A stretch of 64,000 nucleotides of DNA from Convolutriloba macropyga (Eukaryota): positions 36,766,001-36,830,000 of the forward strand of contig NC_134470.1 of NCBI RefSeq assembly GCF_964194025.1, in the 5' to 3' direction. Shown here in pieces: positions 53,316 through 64,000 of this stretch. The translations under genes and the position numbers were made by a program. The notes below the pieces were generated by a model, which was not told the DNA's origin, searched no databases, and saw only the letters and a list, made by a program, of their open reading frames with translations. Position 1 is the stretch's first letter, and each line of letters opens with the position of its first letter.

Positions 53316-55049
53316 GTTAGCTTTTCAAAAATGGTTGACTTGCTTGCCTGTCGCTGTTGTCATTCTAGCATCCCCCTCATATATATGTTTCTTATCATGG
53401 CTATCAAGTTTCGTTTCACTGGGATGTTATATCTGCTGTGCTGTTAAATTGTAGTAACCATTTTACGCACTATTACACTTGTAATATACTTATAATAAAT
53501 TAGCCTTAGAAAAACTCACCTTCTGAATAGAATTCGCCTTTACCTTAACTGCTGTCATCGACATAGTTATGGCATAGCTGCTTCAGTATGGTACAGAAAC
53601 TCAATAATTCATGACCTATTGACTTTAAGTTTAAGATAAAAAATCAGTTAAAATCCTTGAACGCTGAAGAAAGTTTTTGAAAAAAAATTAACTCGAAAAT
53701 TGTTAGGCCTTGAATCAAATTGTATCAATATGACTAATTGAGCTACCTGTCTTTGAAGTATAGGTTACGTGACTCTGATGAAGTCACTGAGAAAGTCTGG
53801 CATTAATTGAGAACCGCGAAGCGGTTCAAGATTTTGCCAGAGTTGAGAAGTAACTTTAGCAGAGTCATGAAGTCTTTTTGAAACACGCGTTGTGCAAGTT
53901 CACTCAAAAACTATTTACTTGCAGAAGTGATTACAATTTTTCATAGCGAAAATAATAAAATTTTGAGGTTCTACATCGCCCTTCCAATTAGTACCTATAG
54001 ACACACCCACACACTGTAATTGTACACTCATGCCACCGAGCTAAACTCCATAGTAGCAAGTAAATACTGTTTACAGAGAGGGGCGATATCCTACAATACT
54101 TAAACCTGGTACAATAAGGGCTTATCCTAAACGGAAAGGGGATAACTTTCTTTCTATTCTGATGTGCTTATGCGAGAATATTTTCATGACCAAGGCGGCA
54201 AACTTGTTTTCGGTCAAAAAGAGGTGCAAGAAACTTTGTTCTTGATTCAATTTCGCTCCAATAAGAGCTGCAAGTGGACAATTTATTGAAACGTATTTTG
54301 GCACTCATGAACAAAAAAATTACACTATTAGGATTTCAAAAGGCGCAGTTTAGGCAGTTAGATACAAGTTTATTGTCTGCGCGCAACTTTGAATGCTGGT
54401 TCTCCTTCATAATCGCTACCATTTTCACGGCACTCATTCGCTTCATAATTAAGGAATGGGTCTGGGGAGGAGGAGCTGGATCTGGTGGTAGCATCAAAAT
54501 CTTCAATATCATCGCCATCAATATCTTCCTCAGTAGTAATACTTGTCATTGCAAATCCCGGTTCAGGTGTTTCCCATTCTTCACTTGGATCAAGCTTTCA
54601 CTTTTTGTTGTATCCGCCACAACAAAATCACTATTATGGTCCCAATTGGGAACCGAATCTAGGAGAAAGTGAGCATGTTCCTCATTTTCGTAGTCCCACT
54701 CTACTTCTTCGCTATATCAAGAAAAAATTTCGACTCGGCAGTGATCGATTTTATAGTGGCCGCATTGTATTTTAGTTCCCTCATTCTTAATGTGGCGTTT
54801 GTTATCAAAAGCAGAGACATATTTTATTCCTTGAAACCGTTTGTAGAACATGCTTTTCCGAAACAATCCTTGCAGTTTTAGCGCGCAGTATAATACCAGT
54901 CACAAGTGTATAAGTGTAGTCTGCATGTCAGAGCAAATTTTCTTTGGTTTTTCTTTTGGCGGACATCTTTTGGTTACCTATGAAAAAAATGCAATCAAAT
55001 CATGACAATCATACAAGATTAGATGGTACTTTGTTTGTTTTTTCTGAAT

Positions 55050-58000
55050 CTTTAAACACAAAATACTCACTAGCGGAAGTAATGCTGTACAGCTTTGGCT
55101 GCAGTCATATGAATTCTTGTATATAATCTTAAGACAACGCGCTTATTTTCTATGCTGTACATTTGGTGATCTTCTAGGTAATTTGAGAAGTCAAATTGAT
55201 CAAGAACATTGCTCTCTTTCAGTTCATGGTAAAGATCATCAAAATTTATCCGGTATAGCAAGCTATCGGTATCAACATAGAGTAATCGACAGTCAAATGA
55301 AGATCGAATTGTAATATAGTGAAACTGATACATTTAGTATTTTGCCTGATCAAGAATTGAAGCCCCTACTATAGACGGTGTGAACCAAAAGATCTTTCTT
55401 GGGCGTGAGAAGATAGCTGCCATGTTCTCGCCAATATTTTGAATTTGTCAAACTCAAACTTGCTTACTATGGTTAGGGTTTGTCTTGCCTCTCTCGTAAG
55501 CCAGAGTTTTATCCGTTGACGTTTTGATTCGCAGTTTTTTCAATAAACGGCGTTGTTCATTATTTAATAGAAACTTCTCAAATTTATTCGAAACCACTAG
55601 TCTTTTCTCACTTTTCAGGCATATATAGGGTGTTAACCAATTGTTTCAAGTAAATTGTAAGACACGATGCATTTTCCTAACCACTACTCCCAAGTTAAAC
55701 ATACACTTTTAACAACTTGTAAGGAAGCATTGTGCAACATAGTGTTTATTGTTGAAGAATGTCTTCAACAGTTTTGGAACTTTTGAGGGAGGTAAATTAT
55801 GGCTCTCTCGCAATATTATTTGATAGTCTCTGAGCCAGTCATCTCAACAATAGTTTTCGATGTTGCGAGGAGGAAGTCCTGATATTAGTCTAATCTAGCA
55901 AGTCTAATGATGGTGTAGACTTGTCGGATAGTGGAAGTTGACTTCCACGAAGTAACCCACAGTGTTATTATCAGGGCAGTTCAGTATCTCAGCCAGTGTA
56001 ATATTAGCATTTAGCATAAAATTTGACTGAGGGATATTGTCGTTCTGCATTACGACACCGTGTTGGATATTGGCGTCCACGCGGAAGCCAAATGCTGAGG
56101 GTTCTGAGGAGTCTTTTTCTGGTAATTATTTATTATTTGCCGTAAACTTGCTCATCTCATAAATTGAAAATAATTCCCCACGTACTGCTGCTTCCATCAT
56201 ATCGAGGTGCTCGCTTTCTGTGAGCAATTCGACCTCCAGCATGCATATTCTCAAGAATGCTTCCTTAGCCATATTTGGTAGCGCGTAAACGTGCACGCAA
56301 TGAAATTTGTAGGTGGAGAAAGTGAGCTCCCTGTGGAGCTCACAAACGCATGCGAGAAGAGCGCAATCGGTTTTCAGGTAAGCATCGTGGTAGTCTTGAA
56401 GAGTTCGATAAATCAGAGTGTTCCACATCGTCTTTGCGTGGTCCAAATTTTCTTGAGTAATTGCTACCGCCTTTTCTTCTAGAGTGTTACGTCATTCTTT
56501 AAGAGGCTTTAAGGCATTTTCCTTGAACTTTTCTCGACCAATAACATATGAATAGGGAAAATATTTCTTTTGCTTGAGAAGCGCAATTTTGTTGACGATA
56601 GGTTAAGAAACGCAGAAGCAAGTATTCCAAATAAACCTCATGGCAAAATTTTCACCATTTTTCCGAGAGACGAATTCGTCATTTTGAATGAATCAGTAAA
56701 CTTGAGATTTTCATGATTTTTGATCTTAGGGCTATGATCTCCACGAGTACTTCAAAAATTATGGAAATGTATTTTTCATTAGTGTACAGAATAACAGTTA
56801 CAGTGGTTGTAGGTTCACAAGATTACAGGGCTGAATAAATGTGATGTAGATCATAATTTTATATATTATGACCCAGCACAGAGGTAAAACTGACGTTCTA
56901 TCATGCTCAAATGCAATTTTTTGAGCCCAGCCACGAATGGTTTGCTGTAGTGGCAGTGATCCAGATCAGTTGACGACTGTTCATCATTATCGTCAAAAGG
57001 CTCGTTACATATCCAATTTTCGTGGGCTGAACTTTTTTGTATAATGGCTACGATCACCTCTGAAGAAGGGAAATGCTCGTTTGCGCTTGTATAAATACTT
57101 GGCTAGTGTGTAACATGTGTAGAAATTTTGAAACGAAATATTCAGAGCTGTCCGCGTGGAAGAACATTGGTTTTGTTGAGTGACGATCATTTCGCGCAAG
57201 TGAAAACCCACAGGGTTCGGTTTTTCTTAAACTCTGCTTCTAAACCTTTTTCATAAACCTGCTTCTGGATACAAGAAGGATTCGAAATCAAAGTGAATGA
57301 ATAATGGATCATACCAAATAGCGCCCAGGTTTTTGAATTTATATAATTTTTTTCGGACCCGTTCATCAAACAACAGCATTTTCACAGCAGGTCTCCATAT
57401 GTTTGCTAATATGTGCAAGGTCTTCTTCACACAACAGACAACTTTAGCCAAGTTGGTAATCAGTTCATAATGGTAAAAGTCAGCTTCGTATAAAAGCAAT
57501 AGAATTGTAAACCATTGTGATGTTTGATAGGTAATAAGTATCTACCATCATAGGTAACAAGTATCTACCATAGAACCATTGTAAAGTTTGATAGGTAAAA
57601 AATATCTACCATCATGACCAAAAACTTTGATTCGAACTTCATTGAGATTTTCGAACTGATTGATTTCTTCTAGCTCCATGGGCTTGACTTGCTTGTTAGT
57701 TTCGTGTGAAGTTTTGTCTGTGTTGTAGTTCCTTCCTGGTCGATCTAAGCTAATATTGTAATGCATATGATATTGAGCACTAGAGCAGTAAAGAAAGCAA
57801 GCAACTTGCGTTCTCGTGGTTACGCATTTTAAGTAAACAGCGCCAATTTTGTAATTTTGAATTGTAATGCAATGTAATACGAGCCAGTTATAGGTCAGTA
57901 TTGGCCAAAACCTTCATTTATTTTGATAATTTTCTCAAGCACCCATCCACTAGCACTAGAGGCAAATACCGTTAGCACTATCAACATTTTCTCGCCTATA

Positions 58001-58603
58001 GACCAGAAGGTCTCGCTGCTAAATCAATGATTAAAAACGGGTGTCATGAGTGAAATTGCATCAACTTTATTAAGCTCACTTTCGTGATCTTTATATTGAC
58101 TCGGCTTTTTGAGTTGACGATCGGCACTAAATTGAAGTTTTTGTGATCCTTGTGGGAGTTTATGTTCTATAAGCGAATCAATTGTTGGTTTATGTTGGAG
58201 CATGAAATTAGCAAAGTCTGTGTTTGCCTGGTTTTTTGATGGCGGCAGATGGTAGCTCTGAGAGGTACCATCAAGGCAGTTTCAGCCCCCACTTGAGTTA
58301 GTTGGATTTGGTCATTAAAGACAAGTAAAGAACGCAAAGAGCTTAAACGCAGAGCAAAAATTCTAGTGTCCCTAATCCCATATAGCAAGACCGACAACAA
58401 TTTGTAAATTTTTGATGACAAGTTCTCATGTGCTGTTCGAGATTGGAAAGTTCTCTACAAGTGAATGTACAAATACAACAGTTAGAGTCTGGTAAACCTA
58501 ATTTGTCGAGGTAGTAGCGAAGCTCATGGCGAGAATGATTTTCTCTGTTAGCAAAAATTGCTGAAAAATATTTGCAATTGAAAACCATAGTTGAAAATTT
58601 CAA
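55050..58603 (-). pseudogene. Protein-primed family B DNA polymerase (Polinton type), heavily frameshifted
   Basis: Motifs in expected order: C2H2-like CICTFTCRELSNLEQHMRTCH; SASGWVLEKI; INQFENLNEVRI; HFDFESFL; WIC..DHCHYS; HNIKNYDLHHI; YFPYSY; LQDYHDAYLKTDCALLA; RVDANIQHGVVMQ (degenerate VDANNLYG); MNNAVY; LLYVDTDSLLY (55262-55279); FDFSNY. Confidence 0.9.
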
Positions 58604-61499
58604 GATTCAAAAGCTAGCAGAAATAAAAACAATTTTCGTTAGCATGTAAATTAGCTTCAAACGACGTTTTTTTATTCCACTCGAGGCTCTCATAAGACGC
58701 ACGCAATTCAAACTCTCATTGTTTTGGTTTTGATTGGATTTTAAGAGCGCCCGTTCACTATTTTATCCCGCTTTAGTCAACTATGAACAATTCAAGTTGC
58801 GTTGAACTAAAAATCGCATTTGATTTTGTGTTTACCATTGAATTACACTGACATGATGAAACTTTCTTGATATTTTCAAAATCTTAGTACAATGTACAAA
58901 GAAAATATTTCTGTTTAACGGCTAGTTCCTTTTAGTCTTTAGCTGTATGCGATGTGACAAAGCATATCAATTGAAGTTTTTTTGGTTTATTTAAGAACTT
59001 TTAGGGGTCAAGTCAAGGTAATCTTTTATGAATTTTTGATGACCTTTTAATCAATTATTTTAGTCTTTTCTCTTCATTTTGACAGCTAATATGTTCTAAT
59101 TTTATACATTTCAGTAGCCTGCCTTAAAAAAATTTTGATTTCATTTCCTTAGAACTATAAAAAAATATTCCAACATCAACGCTTTTTTGTCCACTCTGTT
59201 GAATTTCAAGTACAACGGATGTTTGCGTGATTATGATGCACAGTATTTTTGTTCCGGTGTTTGAACAACTCAAATTTTTTTAAAAGCAGATTAATTTGTC
59301 AATTTTTTTTCGCTAAATGTAGCAGAAAAAGGTGAGTTTTGCAACTTTTTCACTGTAGATGCCGATTATTGCGTCTGATGATGTTGAGCCTCATAATCAA
59401 AAAAGCTCCCCGGACACTAAAACGTAGGACCCGACAAAAAAATATCAAGACCCCTCATCTTCATCTGGAAAAAAGCTAAATTTTCTGTCAATCATGATCA
59501 GTCAATGTCATCACATGACAACTAATGACAAGCACTCGGTTGCAAGCATTTTTCGATGACAGCTGTTATGAGATGATTTTTGTCTCCAGGCCCCAAAATA
59601 TCAATTTTTTAGAACAAAGCCTGATGTTTCATTATAATCTCGGGTGCTTCAATTGCTAATTAATGCCAGATGTTCATGAGACGTTAATATCCACATGTTT
59701 TGAAAATCAGTGAAGGAGCCGGTTTTCGGCCCTGACCCTTATGACCAAAAGTGACCCGCATGTATATATTGATGACAAACCCGTCCAATAAAATAGGAAA
59801 GTTTTTTGTATTAAATACTTATTCGACAAATGAGGCGCTAATTAGCTGTTAATAAGTGGGTATTTATCTCATGAAAGATTTTGTTTAAGTTGACGAGCGT
59901 TTTGAGCTTTTTCGTAGTGCAGTGTCTTATAATATCAACCCAATAATCAATTTCATCCCAACTATCTGTTGGAGCCGACTTTTTTGGGTTCAAAGGTCAC
60001 CACCAAAAACCAAAAAAAAAGTTTCTTTTTCAAATTTATTAGACAAAATGTGGTTAATTTGTTATTAAAACCTATAGACCACAAAAAGCACAGGTAATTC
60101 CGTCCAGGTTTTGAGTTTTTGTTCTTACAAAACAATATTATAAGGCAATGAAACAAAACAACATCCTTTTTTGAAAAATGCCATTCTTTTTTCACCTTCT
60201 TGCTGAAAAAATGATGTTTTACTAATGTACCTCAGAGCTGAAGGTTATCCCAACAGGAGTATAATACCAGCATAACGAAAAAAAAAATTTCAGTGAGGTT
60301 TAGTTTTATATGATTTTATTGTAATAATTTTTGTTGGAAGCTTTTGCCCAAGCCTGTTATTACATTTTAATAGCTTAATTATTTAGATAGCAAAATTATT
60401 TCTCTCAACGAATTGGAAGATTGGTTGCTTCCTGTTATATATCACCTTCTCAACAAGTTTGATTATGTCCATTTTGGAAAATTTTGTTTACGTGACGCAA
60501 GTGAATTTTGTTGAGTTTGTCCATTTTCGTAAAATTCCGGTTCAGAAGTTGGCTATCTATGTAAAAAGATTAAAAAAAGACTGTCAATTAGCGAGCTATG
60601 CACAAAAGTTAGTCACATAACACACCAAAATGCGAAGGAATTATAATTCAATAATAGAGTTATTGAATTGCTATAGGTCAAAAAAGTCCATTAGAGAGTT
60701 TACTTGTCTTCGTTTCGTGGCGCTGCACTCACTACTGCAGTTTTCACTTAATTGGGTGTCTTGAAATTGGTTAAAATTTTATGTTGTTGTGGTGTCTCAA
60801 AATTTGAACAAGATAAAATACTAATATCAAACTGACTTGTAATTGAAAATCTGTCAGAGATCTTGATCTTCTTCTAGAAATCCTCAAAGAGTGATTGGCT
60901 TGGGATTGCAGTAACAGTTGGGTTTGAATCCACAGCAAGAGTTGTTGGAACACTGACCGGAATACTCGTTGGTTGACTGTCTGGTGAGCATGGTGATAAT
61001 TTCACACCCCAAATTTTGAGGATTTATATGTGCCGAGTTGATTTTCGAATAAAGGCCCACACTCGCAGTCGCATCTGTGAAAAGATACGTCTAACTTCTT
61101 CGTAAGAGTTTTCTTCAATTGAAAGCCTTTGCGGTATAGTTTTTGGAGGTAAGTGTCCTCCAGAAGTAATGATACTGCATTCAACCGGCTCCATTTTTTC
61201 CGGTAGGAAAGCAAAAGCGTTGATATATAGCTTCGGTATCAAACAATGCTGGCAAGTGTACCACAAATCGTTTTTCGTCTTTGTTGTTTCAGACCGACAA
61301 ATATTCAAACACTGTTTGGTAAAAAAGTATTCTCTCAAAAGAAATCGCTGACTCCGACAGAATTTTCACGGACATTGTTTTTCTCAAGATCGTTTCAAAA
61401 GTTAACTGTTAAGTAAGCGCAAAAGAAGGGAATGATCGCAAATACAAATTTCTTTGGCAACATTTGCTTTAATGAAGACAAGATTTGCTTTATCTAAAT

Positions 61500-61800
61500 G
61501 CAGTCATTTGGTTGGAGCATAGACCTTAGTCACACCTAATTGCATAATATCTCTATCTCTGTCTAAACTTTGTATACAGCATGTGGTTTTTATAAGTCGT
61601 ACTGAGGTTCTTTTTGAGAAGAATGTGGGGTCAAATCTGCTTTTTATAACTTTAAAGATTTGTATGTAAGGTGTTTTGGTCTCTGCACTTTACTCTCAAG
61701 TGGTCACATGGGTCCCTCCACTATCAATGTTTATTTTTCTCCTAGACAGAAATGTGGAGTTGCGTGGATAAATTCATTCGTTTGTATATAAAACACATGT
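61500..61800 (-). pseudogene. Adenain-like cysteine protease remnant (Polinton PRO)
   Basis: YPRNSTFLSRRKINIDSGGTHVT resembles the N[I/L]D..GTHW catalytic-His motif, with IQSLD downstream. The rest is decayed. Polinton context supports the call. Confidence 0.5.
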
Positions 61801-62283
61801 ACTTCTTATTTTCTTTCTCAAGCAGGTTCACTCAACGAATGGTTTGTAGAGGTATCGTTTTAATTAAGAATTAATTAAGGTCACATTCGTAAAAAAGTCA
61901 ATTTTGATCAGTCTCAAGTACGCCGCGGGGCGCACGTGAGATTGTATTTATCAATCACTTAGATTTAATTAAAAATATGACGACACTGGTTTGATCCCAA
62001 CTTGCCGCGCCTCCTAAGTTGGTAGTTATTTACTTTAAGTCGACTGAATATGAACATTATATTGACTAAAGCAAGTTGGCTACCATGCTTTTTACGTCTT
62101 CAAGAGACACACAGTTTGAAGATTGCCTTTTCGACTATTCTCAAACTGAAAAGCATTTGATCAATGTTTAACTTAAAAATGTACAAAAGAACCGAAACAT
62201 TTGTGTTTCTGTTATTCAAGAAAGCGGCAGAGGATTACGAGTTTGAAACGAGAATTTCTCTGACTCTAGAAGAGTTTGGAGGT

Positions 62284-62858
62284 TTAGTTTAAAAAAACAG
62301 AAAAAAATGCAAAGCTACAACGCAAGATTCTCAGCAGAACAACCCCAAGCAACCAAACAGAAATTTGATCACTGTAATAAAAATGCAGGAAGCAATGTTT
62401 GAACGCTCTCCCAACTACCTCAAACAACTTCAAAAGCAATTCAAGTTTGTAATTGTTGACGAGAAGCCAACCGTTACATCTTTGGATAACTCTGCTGTGT
62501 GTCCTCACTCTGAATCTGATTTTTGTCAATAACAAAATAACTTTTTTCACGCTCTGATTGAGAGTGCAATCGAAGTTGAGACCATGAAGCAAATCAAAAC
62601 CTTCAAAGTTCACTTCAACTTCTTCGGGCATTTATTTTTGACACCGTCAAACCTGCAAGTTAAGGGAGATGTATTTCCAAAATTACAGCTTGCCGTTGGC
62701 TTTAATAACAAATCTGGGGAGAAAATAGATACCGCAAAATAGATACCGCAAACGAATTTCTTTACGTGGAATAGTAAATCCGTCTTTTTCGCCAGCAAAA
62801 TTTCAAAATTTCCAGTTTTCGTGATCTCTCTTAAACTTGTAAGGTCATCTTCGTCCAT
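62284..62858 (-). pseudogene. Uncharacterised Polinton ORF downstream of the capsid gene (frameshifted into two ORFs)
   Basis: Overlapping ORFs 62610-62858 and 62284-62631. The ATG overlaps the capsid stop codon (TGATG). Confidence 0.45.
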
Positions 62859-64000
62859 CAGTTTGTTAGAATATGATTTTTTGACACTTGTCGCGCAGTA
62901 TCAACAAAAGTTGTACTAGCTTTTTCTCCAATAAGAAAAATTTCAGTGTCGATCGGTAAAGCAGCTCAAAACTTCAGATCGATAGATATGGACCAGATTG
63001 TTCGTTCCGGATGTATAAAGCTATGGGAAGCTTGTTGGGTGCTAGTCAGATCAAATACCATTATAAAATGGTGGGGATAGTCTGATAGACTTATTCCGTG
63101 CCCATTGTCAACATTGTCTGATATTGTAATATTGGACTATCAGTCTTTCTTCATTCGTTGCGATAAACATGTGTCTGTTCCAAGTCAAGTTTTTGAAAAT
63201 GAACTGGATTTTGCATGTTGTTACCCAGAAAGGCTTTGTTTGTATTGATACAAATTGAAAATCTTCGGATTGGCTCTCGTGCGAAAATATCCTCTTGCTT
63301 CCAACTATGCAGACCAGTCAAAGCCAATAAAAATGTTTTTGTCAAAATTTCAAAGTAGGGACAGGCAGCAGGGCTAGTAAGCAAGGTTTTTTCAATGGCA
63401 GACACGACCTCATCATTCAGTGTCATCTTGCGAATGCAAAAATTAGCTTCAACAATTTTCGTTTTGTAGTCTTTTGCAGCATCGTCCGAAAAGATAACAA
63501 AATCATCAATAGATCTTCTGGATGCAATAGGAACTGTTAAACCACTGGGCAGATGTTTGTCACTACCATGCAAAGTGCATTCAGCTGTTTTTATGGCCGA
63601 GTTTTTTGCATTTCAGATGCTTTTTTGCTTCTTCGTAGGAATAGCCTTGCAAGCTAACCAAGTCTTCTTTGCATCTTTGTTATGTGACAACTCAGTTTCT
63701 ATGAAACTCTTGTGTGCATAAATACCTTTTGCGTTTTAGATTTTCAATCCGTTATCTGACACAGTACAGTCAGAGAAAAGTGAATGCAACACATTTTTGC
63801 AAAAGTAAGGAGTGTCAGTTCTAGTAATGTCAGCAGCAGCTGCCCCGTCAAATTTTAGATCAGCTCCCGAGGACTGAAAATTTCACAATTGATTTCCAAA
63901 AAAATTAAATCGATAAATTTGTTATGTTCACCAGTTACCTCGAACTCTAAAATGAGCCCATCAGGACTATACACAAGTCCTAATTTTTGACAAAAACTGC
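62858..64000 (-). pseudogene. Polinton major capsid protein (double jelly-roll, PY), fragmented; 5' end beyond the window
   Basis: SPDGLILEFEVTGEHNKFIDL; NVLHSLFSDCTVS; YAHKSFIETELSH; KIVEANFCIRKMTL; NKAFLGNNMQNPVHFQK; HGISLSDYPHHFIMVFDLTSTQQAS. These are the conserved Polinton MCP blocks in order. Confidence 0.85.

Larger units (their letters stand above)
54100..64000 (-). mobile_element. Decayed Polinton/Maverick (adintovirus-like) element, truncated by the window end
   Basis: Co-oriented remnants of pPolB, adenain-like protease and major capsid protein. Left boundary uncertain. Integrase and ATPase are not seen in the window. Confidence 0.85.

Noticed and set aside
54074-54100. Polinton terminus (agagagggg..)
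   Set aside because: Matches the AG-repeat terminus only loosely, and the partner TIR/TSD is outside the window, so it cannot be supported.

Overview
AT-rich eukaryotic (invertebrate-like metazoan) genomic DNA, dominated by transposons, with spliced host genes that the ORF track mostly misses. No prokaryotic operons, rRNA or CRISPR. Contents: (1) two ~3.6-3.75 kb non-autonomous Helentron/DINE-1-type (HINE-like) elements in inverted orientation (71-3822 +, 13387-16977 -), each with subterminal inverted repeats, a 3' hairpin and a 3 x ~550 bp central array. (2) A probable decayed multi-VWA-domain gene on the minus strand (~17620 to ~8020). (3) An exact 3 x ~1652 bp tandem array (19243-24201). 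(4) A 282-N gap. (5) A three-exon, phase-consistent gene for a putative secreted PAN/apple + GON-domain protein (38980-53315, incomplete at the 3' end). Its 12.6 kb first intron holds a full-length but dead BEL/Pao LTR retrotransposon (39475-47684) nested in a tandem repeat. (6) A heavily decayed Polinton/Maverick (adintovirus-like) element from ~54.1 kb to the window end, with pPolB, adenain-like protease and major capsid remnants. All protein-family calls are by-eye motif recognition, not database hits. I did not find a convincingly new biological system. The best leads are the PAN-GON gene, the large inverted HINE pair and the hidden VWA gene.
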